A stretch of 64,000 bases of DNA from an uncultured Dehalococcoidia bacterium (GTDB taxonomy: Bacteria; Chloroflexota; Dehalococcoidia; Lucifugimonadales; Australimonadaceae): contig OY282355.1 of NCBI GenBank assembly GCA_958295525.1, forward strand, positions 1,915,931 through 1,979,930, read 5' to 3'. The notes under the pieces are model-generated. The model saw only the letters and a program-made list of their open reading frames with translations. It had not been told where the DNA came from and did not search any database. Below, in pieces: positions 56,140-64,000 of this stretch. Both the position numbers and the translations under genes were made by a program. Positions within the stretch are counted from its first letter, which is position 1, and every line of letters starts with the position of its first letter.

Positions 56140-57049
56140 AGATCTCGGCGAGGGCGGCGTTCAGGTCTTCGTATTGGAAATGATACCCGGAAGCGAGCGC
56201 CGCCGCAGGCGTCATACGGCGGCTGCTCAGCAGTTCCGACGCGAACTCGCCGAGCGCGAGCCGCAGCGCGAACCCGGGCGCGGGCAAGACTGCGGGACGG
56301 CGCAGCGCCCGCCCCAGCGCCCGCGCGAAATCCCGCTGCCTCGCCGGAGCGGGCGCGCAAACGTTGACGGGCCCGCTCATCGCGTCCGAATCTAGCCCAT
56401 GCGTGATCACGCCGACCACGTCGTCCAGATGCGCCCACGGCCACCATTGCCCCCCGGACGCGAGCGGGCCGGAGAGCCCGAATCGCGCGAGCCGCCCAAG
56501 CGGACCGAGCATGCCGCCCCCGCGCCCGAGAACGTGCCCCGTCCGCAGGAGCGCGACGCGAACTCCGCCGGCTTCCGCCTCCAGCGCCGCCGCTTCCCAC
56601 CGGACGCAGACGTCCGCGAGGAAGCCGTCGCCGGGCGCGGCGTCCTCCGTCAGAACGTCGCCGCCGCGGTCGCCGTAGTAGCCCAGAGCGCTCGCGCTCA
56701 GCAGCGTTCGCGGAGCCGCGCCGCCGCTCATTGCGTTCCGCATTCCCGCCGCGAGGTTGCGCGTTCCCGTCTCGCGCGACTCGAGAATCGCCCGCTTCTT
56801 GCCGCGCGTCCAGCGTCCCGCGACGCTCTCGCCCATCAGATGCACGACGGCGTCGGCGCCCGCGAACGCCTCCGCCGGGGCGGGCTCGCCGAGCGGACGC
56901 CAAGCGTAGGCGGCGGCCAGCGCCGGCAGCGCCGCGCGGGCGCGTTCGGGGTCGCGCGTCAGCGCGACGGCCTCGTCGCCGCGCTCCGCGAGCATCCGGG
57001 CCAGGGCGCTCCCGACGAATCCCGTCGCTCCGGTGATCAGCACGCGCAT
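56132..57049 (-). CDS. TIGR01777/YfcH-type epimerase-family (SDR39U1-like) protein
   Basis: [16 protein letters not shown] and a C-terminal DUF1731-like [13 protein letters not shown]. It overlaps the uvrB start by 8 nt. Confidence 0.85.
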   Translation of the reverse strand: MRVLITGATGFVGSALARMLAERGDEAVALTRDPERARAALPALAAAYAWRPLGEPAPAEAFAGADAVVHLMGESVAGRWTRGKKRAILESRETGTRNLAAGMRNAMSGGAAPRTLLSASALGYYGDRGGDVLTEDAAPGDGFLADVCVRWEAAALEAEAGGVRVALLRTGHVLGRGGGMLGPLGRLARFGLSGPLASGGQWWPWAHLDDVVGVITHGLDSDAMSGPVNVCAPAPARQRDFARALGRALRRPAVLPAPGFALRLALGEFASELLSSRRMTPAAALASGYHFQYEDLNAALAEIYA

Positions 57050-57075
57050 AAGGGTTGGCGAATCTCCGGCGGCGG

Positions 57076-58227
57076 CTAGGCCAGCCGGAAGCAGCGGGCG
57101 GCGTTCTCCCACATCAGTTTCCGCATCCGCTCCTCGCCGAGGCTCTGCCAGCTTAAGACGATGTCGGCGGAGCGGGGGAAGCGGGACTCCGCATGCGGGT
57201 AGTCGGAGCCGAACATCAGCACGTGGTCGCCCATCAGTTCGGAGACCATTCGCGTGATCTCCTCGCCCTCGTGAATGACGATGCCCGCGAAGAACCGCCC
57301 GCCGGTCATATATTCCCGCATCGAGCCCAGTCCGTCGGCGACGTAGCCCATATAGCCCACTTGGTCTTCCATCCGCTTCATCCAGAAGGGCAGCCAGCCG
57401 AATCCGGACTCCAGGATGGCGAGGTTGAGGTTCGGGAACTTGTCCAGCAGCCCCGCGCCGAGGAAGGCGGCGATCATTCGCATCGCGGCCCACGGGTGCG
57501 ACGCCGTGCGTCCGATGAACGGATTGTCCCAGAGGTCGCGGTAGCCCGGATAGCCCGCGGCGAAACTATGGTGAACGATGCAGAGCCCGGCGTCGTCCGC
57601 CGCCGCCCAGATCGGATGCAGGTCGGGATGGTCGACCGGGTAGTCGAGGGGCAAGTTGACCCACACGCCCTTCGCCCAGCCGGAGTCCGCGTAGCGCTTG
57701 ATCTCGAGGACGGAGCCCTCCACGTCGCGCGCGGTGGCGAGGATGAGCGAGGCGAGGCGCCCCGGGTGGCGTCCGCAGACGTCGTCGAGGCAGCGGTGGA
57801 CGCTGCGGAGCATCGCCATATCCACGGCGGGGTTTTCGTGCCCTGCCGCCGCGCCGGGCACCATCAGATGGACGTCCACGCCTTCCTCGTCCATATCGCG
57901 GACGCGGGCGCCGGCGTCCCAGTCCGATCCGCCGGGCGTGGGGATCGTGAATCCCTGGAACTTTTGGAAATGGCGCTCGGCGTTGGGGCGGGGGCCCGCC
58001 TCGCCCAGGAAGCGGGGCGGCGACGCGCCCCATCCGCGCTCGTCGGCGAGCCGGTAGAGATGGGTGTAGGGCTGGGGCATCTCCTCGCCCGCCCAGCCGG
58101 TGCGGAACTCGCGCGTCTGCAGTTCCGCCTTCATCCCGCGCAGGACGGGGTCGAGATAAGGCTCGAGCGTCTCGGCGGACGCATGGAAATGCGTGTCCGC
58201 GTCGAATATGCGGTAGCCGTTTCGCAT
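57076..58227 (-). CDS. amidohydrolase-2 (ACMSD-like) family protein
   Basis: IFDADTHF near the N-terminus and MFGSDYPH near the C-terminus. ATG at 58227 with GGAGG upstream. Confidence 0.85.
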   Translation of the reverse strand: MRNGYRIFDADTHFHASAETLEPYLDPVLRGMKAELQTREFRTGWAGEEMPQPYTHLYRLADERGWGASPPRFLGEAGPRPNAERHFQKFQGFTIPTPGGSDWDAGARVRDMDEEGVDVHLMVPGAAAGHENPAVDMAMLRSVHRCLDDVCGRHPGRLASLILATARDVEGSVLEIKRYADSGWAKGVWVNLPLDYPVDHPDLHPIWAAADDAGLCIVHHSFAAGYPGYRDLWDNPFIGRTASHPWAAMRMIAAFLGAGLLDKFPNLNLAILESGFGWLPFWMKRMEDQVGYMGYVADGLGSMREYMTGGRFFAGIVIHEGEEITRMVSELMGDHVLMFGSDYPHAESRFPRSADIVLSWQSLGEERMRKLMWENAARCFRLA

Positions 58228-58334
58228 GGGCGGCGCCTCCGGCGCCATATTGCGCCACCGGAGAGTATAGGGCATTTTTACGCAGAGAACGCTGCGTTGG
58301 CGGGGGGAGGGGGGGCGCGGGGTGTCCGGGATTC

Positions 58335-58362
58335 CTGGATTCCCGCCTGCGCGGGAATGACG
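58335..58362 (+). repeat. REP-like palindromic element
   Basis: CTGGATTCCCGCCTGCGCGGGAATGACG. Confidence 0.8.
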
Positions 58363-58422
58363 ATTGCAGTAGGTCTCGCGCTCTCAGCGGCTGCGTTCGG
58401 CGTCGCTCATAGGAATAGTGTG

Positions 58423-59067
58423 CTAGGGCGAGGGGGCAGCGGTTTCGCCGAAGAGGTCGCGGAGCCAGTCGGTGAAGCGAACGCAAAGCGGGCCGTCAAC
58501 AGACAGGTCAAGCGACTTGATCGCCAGACCCGGCGGACGCGGCTCTTCTCTCGCGGCAAGCCAAGCGTGCACTTGCGCCCGCAAACGCTTGCCTTCTTTG
58601 AACTTCCGATGCCCTTTCGGGATGCCGTCAATGTAACTCTGCGCGAGCGGCCAGACTGCATCGTCGGCAGGGATCATTTTCTGCAGGAAATCCTCAAGTT
58701 CCCCGGGCGACTGGTTATCGGGCATCATCCAAACCCCAACGCGGGGCAGCCCAGTTGAGGGATCGCTGTCGACAATGGCGCCTGCTGACAGCGGGTTGAG
58801 AGGCAGATCGATCCCTGCGTCGTAGAGCCTGCCCCGCACTGCCTGCCACCTGTTCTCAGGATGGTCGTTCGCGTCGAGAATTATGCCCAGAACCGTCCGT
58901 TCCTCACTGGTGACCGCACGGTAGATGGCGTCCAACAACTGGTGAACGCCGTTCTTGGCCAGCACGGGGAATTCGGGAATCGGCGGAGACAAATTCGCGC
59001 AGATGTTGAGCGCAACGTGCTTATCGGTTTCGCCTTCCACGAGCAATAGTTTTTCAGGGTTAGCCAT
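58423..59067 (-). CDS. Toprim-like small protein (DUF3226/DUF4435/RloB-like class), partner of the upstream ATPase
   Basis: 214 aa. It starts LLLVEGETDKHV (conserved Glu) and later has GIILDANDH (DxD-like), the Toprim acidic signature. Lies 5 nt downstream of the ATPase gene. Confidence 0.7.
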   Translation of the reverse strand: MANPEKLLLVEGETDKHVALNICANLSPPIPEFPVLAKNGVHQLLDAIYRAVTSEERTVLGIILDANDHPENRWQAVRGRLYDAGIDLPLNPLSAGAIVDSDPSTGLPRVGVWMMPDNQSPGELEDFLQKMIPADDAVWPLAQSYIDGIPKGHRKFKEGKRLRAQVHAWLAAREEPRPPGLAIKSLDLSVDGPLCVRFTDWLRDLFGETAAPSP

Positions 59068-59072
59068 GCGGT

Positions 59073-60326
59073 TTACCGCACTTCCAGTCCTTGCTCATCG
59101 GGGATGGCAAGTTCGTGCTCGTCGTACTCGACCGCATGCAGCGTTCCGCCTTTTCTCGACAGGCGAACGAGAATGCCCTCAACCTCCTTGTTCTCATTCG
59201 CCGCATTCTCATTCGCCGCGATCGCTTCCGCGAAGCCGCGAATGCAATCCGCGCTGTGCGTCGTGGCGATCACCTGCACGTTGTTGGCCTGCGCGGTCTG
59301 CAAAACCATGCGCCAGAAGGCGCTCTGCACTGTGTAGTGCAAGCCGTTCTCCGCCTCGTCAATGAGCAGGAAGCCGTTCTTGCTGTTCGCAAGCGCTAGC
59401 GCAACGCTGTAGAGACGCAGCGCGCCATCGCCAAGACTTTTTAACGGCACTACAGGAGACGAACCATTCGAGGCGACCTTTACGACGGCTCTACGGCCGG
59501 ATCGTGTTTCTCTAGCATCGCCAACCATGTAAACGCTCTCCACCGCATCACCGAATATCATACTGAGAGGCTCTCTTGCGAAGGTATCCTCCCCTTCGTT
59601 GACGGCGTTGTCCCACAAACGCGCGAGCGTAGCGTTGGCTGGCAGTCCAGGGCCTAACATTTCGCATTTAATGGAGCGCGATGGCTCTTCCGTATCGATT
59701 GGCCGTCGGGTAGAGGCTCCACGATCAGCGAACGATGGCCGACGTCCAATTATTGCCCGCGGTATGCTTATTCCTTCACTTGAAAACAACCAAGGAATTA
59801 TCCATGTGCGTCCGCCAATCGTTGCCCTGAGCACGTACCATACTCCGTCCAAGACATGCGGAGAAAATCTCGCAAGGTCGATATAGGGGGATTCTAACTC
59901 GCTCGCAGGGCTAACCGTCACCGTTAGCATTCCGCTGCCCTGGCTCCCGATTGAAACACAAACTCCTTCTGACGGGGCGCGACCGTAAAAAAGCGCGGCG
60001 GCGTTCGTAGCGAGCACAGGATCGCCGTCCTCGTCAAGGCTAGTGACGGTCTCCTCGCGGCTCCTCAGTATCCCTGACAGGGCTTCAGCGCTCGCGCGCG
60101 CCGCATAGACGCGCACCGCCTCCAGCACGGTCGACTTCCCGATGCCGTTCTTGCCTGCGATGAGCGTGACGCGCCCCAGGCGGGGAATCGTGAGCGCGTC
60201 GATCCCCCGGAACCCCTCTATCGTGAGGTCCCGCAGGTGGAGCGGCGGCGCGTCGCCCGCGAGCCGTTCCTGCGGAGGTTGCTCCGTGATCGTCATAGGG
60301 GAGAGTGTAGCGCTTGGGGCGCCCAT
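59073..60326 (-). CDS. ABC-type AAA_15/AAA_21-family ATPase
   Basis: Walker A LIAGKNGIGKST, signature-like LKSLGDGALRL, Walker B FLLIDEAENGLH, and an H-loop ATTHS. The start could be ATG 60296. Confidence 0.85.
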   Translation of the reverse strand: MGAPSATLSPMTITEQPPQERLAGDAPPLHLRDLTIEGFRGIDALTIPRLGRVTLIAGKNGIGKSTVLEAVRVYAARASAEALSGILRSREETVTSLDEDGDPVLATNAAALFYGRAPSEGVCVSIGSQGSGMLTVTVSPASELESPYIDLARFSPHVLDGVWYVLRATIGGRTWIIPWLFSSEGISIPRAIIGRRPSFADRGASTRRPIDTEEPSRSIKCEMLGPGLPANATLARLWDNAVNEGEDTFAREPLSMIFGDAVESVYMVGDARETRSGRRAVVKVASNGSSPVVPLKSLGDGALRLYSVALALANSKNGFLLIDEAENGLHYTVQSAFWRMVLQTAQANNVQVIATTHSADCIRGFAEAIAANENAANENKEVEGILVRLSRKGGTLHAVEYDEHELAIPDEQGLEVR

Positions 60327-60392
60327 TGCAAGCCTTTGCGCCTGCGCCGTGCGGAAGGCTTCGGAGGCGCATTGGCGCGCTCCGATGGGCTA

Positions 60393-60420
60393 CGGGATTC
60401 CCGCCTGCGCGGGAATGACG
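60393..60420 (+). repeat. REP-like palindromic element
   Basis: CGGGATTCCCGCCTGCGCGGGAATGACG. Confidence 0.8.
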
Positions 60421-60468
60421 GAACAGGGGGCGGGAACGACGGCAGGGGGGCGGCGCGGCGCGGCGCAA

Positions 60469-60506
60469 AGAGAACGCCCCCGCCGTTGCCGGCGGGGGCG
60501 TTCTCT
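60469..60506 (-). terminator. strong hairpin, probable factor-independent terminator of the surface-protein gene
   Basis: Perfect 17-bp inverted repeat AGAGAACGCCCCCGCCG / CGGCGGGGGCGTTCTCT with a 4-nt loop, 29 nt after the stop at 60535. There is no clear U-tract. Confidence 0.55.
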
Positions 60507-60534
60507 GTTGCGCTTTCGCGGTTGCGCTTGGCGC

Positions 60535-63500
60535 TTACGGGACCAGCGTGCTGGGGCGCTGCGACCAGACCCAGTAGCCGGAGCCGTTCAGGATCTCGTT
60601 GTTGCAGACCTCAGGGGTGGTCGCGTCCTCATCGGCGTCCGAGCAGCCGACACTCGCTTTCGGCGTGTAGCGCGTCCAGACGCTCTGCTGCGTGTCGTAG
60701 GAGTAGGCGACCTTCCACGGGATGCTGTTGAAGTAGGTGTCCGCCTCGCCGTAGACCTCGGTGCCCGGCGCTTCGCCGGCCGCCTGCTGATCAATGTCTA
60801 TGACGCCGAGCAAGTTCCAGCCGGCGGTGACCGGCACCGTGGGCGGCGTGGACGCCGGGTCGATCTCCGTCAGCAGCGTCGAGATCGTCTCGAATGTCCG
60901 GGCGTTCACCCAGTAGCCGTAGCCGGCCGTGATGTCCGTCAGCGTCCCTTGCCAGCCGTCATCCGTGCGGCGAGCCGTCAGCCAGTCGCCGTTCTGGTAG
61001 GCGAGCACCGGAGTGAGGAACTCCGTCTTGGACAAGACGTTGGCGATGGCCGTGTCTTCGGGGTCGCCGGGCAGCGAGACCAAGTTCCAGCCAGGCTTGA
61101 CCTCGACTTTGTACGGCTTCCGGGCGATCACCTCGAAGGTGAACGAGCCGTCGTTGTACTCGTTCCCCGCGTCGTCCCTGGCCTTGTAGGTCAACTTGTA
61201 CCTGCCGACCTCTTTGTCGCGGAGCACCACCGAGAACTCATTCTTGGCCACGCGGCTCATTTGGCCGGTCACGTCCGCGCCGTCCAGTTCGATCTCGGTG
61301 ATTTCCACCGTGCCGTGGGAGTCTTTGAACGCGCCCTCGGCGTACTCGCTGCCTTCCTCTTTGAACTGCAGCCGGATGAACGGGTTGGGGCTCTCCGTCT
61401 TCTTCGTGTCGGCGCCGCTGCGCGGCGTCACGCTCTCGTCAAGGTTCGCGGAGGCGGAGCCGCCGTTGAACGCCGTGTCCACCTCCACGAGAAGGTCGGC
61501 GTCGTCCACCTTCTGCACGTCGAGCGGGGCGTTGAGGGCGATGGTGGGATTGATGTTGGCCCGATGCGCGATGTTCTCCAAGCCGGGCGTCATTCGGACG
61601 TTCCCTTCGCTGTCGTCGCGCGCGACCACGAACATTGCGATCAGTCCCTCGACTCCGCTCAAGTCGCTCACTTTGCAGTCGCGCTTCCAGTGGCGGTCGT
61701 CTTCCTGCGGCGTGAGGTTGCAATTCGGGTACGGGCTCGGGCTGTCCGCGGTGGCGTAGGTGTACCCGGTCGCCGGCTCCGTCTCTTCGTTGGCCTTGAT
61801 GGGCACGAACAAGACGCTGGGGCGCCCGTTCAAGTCCTCGTCCGAGCGCACCTCGACGGTGAACGAGCCCTTCGCGCTGTTGGCGACGGGGCGGTCGCCC
61901 TTGGCTCCGGTCACCGTGACCGTCAGCACGGGGGCGATCCAGTCGTCCGCGTCTTTTTCGACGGCCTTGTCGAGCGTGTTGCCGGCCAAGTCCTGCGCGA
62001 CGCCGCTGAGCAGCGCCACCGTGGGCGTGTCGTCGCTGCCGAGCGGAGTCGCCAACTGGATGTACACGCGCTGCCGCGGGTCGGGAAGTTGGCCGGCGTC
62101 GCCGGCGTCGGCTATGGCCTCGCCCGGGCACAGGTTCGGGTTGGGAATTTGCGCAGGGTGATTGGGGTTGGGAATCATATCGCCGGGGGCAGCGTTAGGG
62201 TCGGGGTCTTGAATCAGGGGGGCAGGGTCGGGGTTGGCGATCATCGCGTCCAGCGTGCAGTCCCCAGGGTCGACGTCGTCCGTCTGCCCGCGGAAGGTCT
62301 TCGGCCCTTGGTTGGGCTGAATCACTCCGGTGACCCGGTTGTCTGTGACGGTGATCTGGTCCAGGCGAATCTCGCCGGCCTTGATCGCCTCGTTGAACGT
62401 CAGCGCAATGGACGAAAGGTTGACAACCTCCCTGTTCTTGGCGTTGTCGTAGGAGATGCCCGTGCGGACGGCGCCGAGCGTGGGCTTCCCATCGTCCACG
62501 GTGAAGAGGTAAGGCTCTTTCGTGTCGGGGCTGTCGAGTTCGGCGTCCGAGGTCGCCAGGTTGCCGACGCGGTCCATCGCGGTTATCTGCAGGTTGTTCA
62601 CGCCGTCGGGGTAGGTGGCGCCGCTCGCCGAGAAGGCGTAGCCGAAGCCGGCGCGGCCGATGAGCGTCCACGCGCCCTGGTCGGTGATGTCTTCGCTGCG
62701 GTTCACGTTGGCGACCGCTCTATCCGTCAGCCTGTCGCCAACGGGGTCTCTGCTCCAATAGACGGCTTGGATTTCGGCGGCTTTGCCGTTGGTCAAACCG
62801 AAGAGCGCAGTGGGGGCGGCCATAGAGAGCGGCTCCGACGCGCGGTTGCCGTCGCGGTCGGGGTCGATGGAGCCGGGGTCGCCGTCCGAAGTGAGGGCGA
62901 GTTCGCCGTCGTGGCGCAGACCGGCGTCGTGGTCGCGAACTTCAAAGCGGAACGAGAGGTTGGACGAGCGGACGACGCTCGTGTCCACCGGGCTGATCAG
63001 GTTGATCTCGGGGGCTTCAGCGTCCACGACGAGGACGATGTTGCTTGGCTGGCCCTCGATGCGAACGTTCAGCCGGTCGTTGTGGCGCGCCCTGATCTGC
63101 CCGATCAGGTCCGGGTCGTCCAGGATAGGGTCGCCGTTGGCGTCCACAACCGGGATCTGGGAGCCGGGGCTGTCGGGGTCAGGCATCATGTCCTGAGCGC
63201 CGTCGTAGTTGGAGCAACGGGGCCCGTGGACGTCGCTCAGCGGGGTCGCCGCGTTCGCGTCCACGACCTTGAAGAACGCCTGCACGTCGCGGACAGCGGG
63301 GGTTCCGGTCGACAAGCCGCTGGTTTCGACGAGCGGAACGTTAATGCTCCCGCCGGTTCGCGGGTTGGAGACGATGGCTTTGGGGTAGAGCGCGCAACGG
63401 GTGGGGACCGTCGAGCCATCGGGGTTGTTCACCTTGTAACTGATGAGCGCCGTGTTGTAGGCCTCGTCGGTGTTGCCGATGTAGAGCAATCCGCCGGAGC

Positions 63501-63897
63501 GGGTGTTTCGGGTGTCAACGTAGCCCATCGTCAGGAAGGCGGGGTTGGTCACGTCGATCGTGCCGTCGGGGGTTGAAGGGGTGACGCCGGGGAATGTGCC
63601 GCCCACCACGAGGGAGCCGAGGGAGCCGTCGGCGTCAGCGGTGTCAGCGCCGGGCAGGTAGAACGGAATCGGGTTGCCGTCGCCATCCACGCGGTTGGTG
63701 TTGGTCGTTCGCACGAGGCGGACGGTCTGGGCGTCGGCCACGTCGTCGAAGACGCCGACTTGGAGGTCGCCGGTCTTCGTTCTGCCCTCCGTCTGAACGA
63801 TGTCGTCGTCCGTTTGGCCGAACGCAGGCATCAGGAAGAGCAGCGAGAGCGCCCCTGCCAGCAGTGTCGCTATGATCGGAATCCTCGTGAATCTCAC
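60535..63897 (-). CDS. large secreted cell-surface protein (S-layer/adhesin-like)
   Basis: 1120 aa. Signal peptide MRFTRIPIIATLLAGALSLLFLMPAFGQ, followed by an acidic, Thr/Asp/Gly/Pro-rich beta-type sequence. The C-terminal module is duplicated: GWNLVSLPG...GYGYWV and GWNLLGV...GSGYWVW. Confidence 0.8.
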   Translation of the reverse strand: MRFTRIPIIATLLAGALSLLFLMPAFGQTDDDIVQTEGRTKTGDLQVGVFDDVADAQTVRLVRTTNTNRVDGDGNPIPFYLPGADTADADGSLGSLVVGGTFPGVTPSTPDGTIDVTNPAFLTMGYVDTRNTRSGGLLYIGNTDEAYNTALISYKVNNPDGSTVPTRCALYPKAIVSNPRTGGSINVPLVETSGLSTGTPAVRDVQAFFKVVDANAATPLSDVHGPRCSNYDGAQDMMPDPDSPGSQIPVVDANGDPILDDPDLIGQIRARHNDRLNVRIEGQPSNIVLVVDAEAPEINLISPVDTSVVRSSNLSFRFEVRDHDAGLRHDGELALTSDGDPGSIDPDRDGNRASEPLSMAAPTALFGLTNGKAAEIQAVYWSRDPVGDRLTDRAVANVNRSEDITDQGAWTLIGRAGFGYAFSASGATYPDGVNNLQITAMDRVGNLATSDAELDSPDTKEPYLFTVDDGKPTLGAVRTGISYDNAKNREVVNLSSIALTFNEAIKAGEIRLDQITVTDNRVTGVIQPNQGPKTFRGQTDDVDPGDCTLDAMIANPDPAPLIQDPDPNAAPGDMIPNPNHPAQIPNPNLCPGEAIADAGDAGQLPDPRQRVYIQLATPLGSDDTPTVALLSGVAQDLAGNTLDKAVEKDADDWIAPVLTVTVTGAKGDRPVANSAKGSFTVEVRSDEDLNGRPSVLFVPIKANEETEPATGYTYATADSPSPYPNCNLTPQEDDRHWKRDCKVSDLSGVEGLIAMFVVARDDSEGNVRMTPGLENIAHRANINPTIALNAPLDVQKVDDADLLVEVDTAFNGGSASANLDESVTPRSGADTKKTESPNPFIRLQFKEEGSEYAEGAFKDSHGTVEITEIELDGADVTGQMSRVAKNEFSVVLRDKEVGRYKLTYKARDDAGNEYNDGSFTFEVIARKPYKVEVKPGWNLVSLPGDPEDTAIANVLSKTEFLTPVLAYQNGDWLTARRTDDGWQGTLTDITAGYGYWVNARTFETISTLLTEIDPASTPPTVPVTAGWNLLGVIDIDQQAAGEAPGTEVYGEADTYFNSIPWKVAYSYDTQQSVWTRYTPKASVGCSDADEDATTPEVCNNEILNGSGYWVWSQRPSTLVP

Positions 63898-64000
63898 TTC
63901 TACCCCCCTTGCGGAGCTGTGGTTCTAGGCTGCGCGCGCTCGGTTTGCGAGAGCAGGTTCCTTCGCGTCGTGTTCCGGCTTGCGCGCCCGCCAACGGACG

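Noticed and set aside
1-64000. tRNA, rRNA, tmRNA, RNase P and SRP RNA genes, and IS/transposase/integrase genes.
   Set aside because: Scanning the intergenic gaps found no T-loop/acceptor-like patterns or conserved RNA cores. No translated ORF shows transposase or recombinase motifs. Absence is by eye only and should be confirmed with tRNAscan-SE, Infernal and ISfinder-type searches.

Overview
This is a GC-rich bacterial chromosomal segment (about two-thirds G+C by eye). No rRNA, tRNA, CRISPR array, transposase or integrase was recognised. All calls come from reading the six-frame translations and the DNA; no database search was run, so family names rest on remembered motifs.

The backbone is housekeeping: dnaE, secD-secF, glyA, recN, uvrB, rplU-rpmA-rpmE, tatB-tatC and tatA, rsmG, trmI and msrB. 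Between these sit many oxidoreductase, hydrolase and transporter genes, including SDR, MDR quinone reductase, LLM flavin oxidoreductase, amidohydrolase-2, FAD/Fe-S oxidase, HpcH aldolase, FGGY kinase, MFS and EamA. The gene set and the repeat family are reminiscent of Chloroflexota-type genomes, but that is only a guess.

Three visibly lower-GC accessory islets interrupt the backbone:
- 1.2-5.2 kb: an MvaI/BcnI-type restriction enzyme with a TSPPY (probable m4C) methylase, plus small ORFs and two private repeat types.
- 31.5-34.2 kb: an arylsulfotransferase-family lipoprotein gene bracketed by tandem arrays of a palindromic REP-like element and preceded by a G14 homopolymer.
- 58.3-60.4 kb: a two-gene ABC-type ATPase + Toprim-like module bracketed by single REP copies. 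This is the best candidate for a poorly described defence system (PARIS/AbiL/OLD-like architecture).

Other points worth follow-up:
- An AhpE-like peroxiredoxin has an in-frame UGA at the peroxidatic Cys position and a SECIS-like hairpin, so it is a probable selenoprotein.
- An RlmD(m5U methyltransferase)-Maf fusion ORF.
- A 1179-aa RecB-like nuclease / RNase H-like / SF1B helicase fusion.
- A DnaE with a low-complexity linker and an extra C-terminal domain.
- Several genes whose conserved N-termini have no canonical start codon.

Most long ORFs in the track that lie opposite or out of frame to these genes are GC-rich shadow ORFs.
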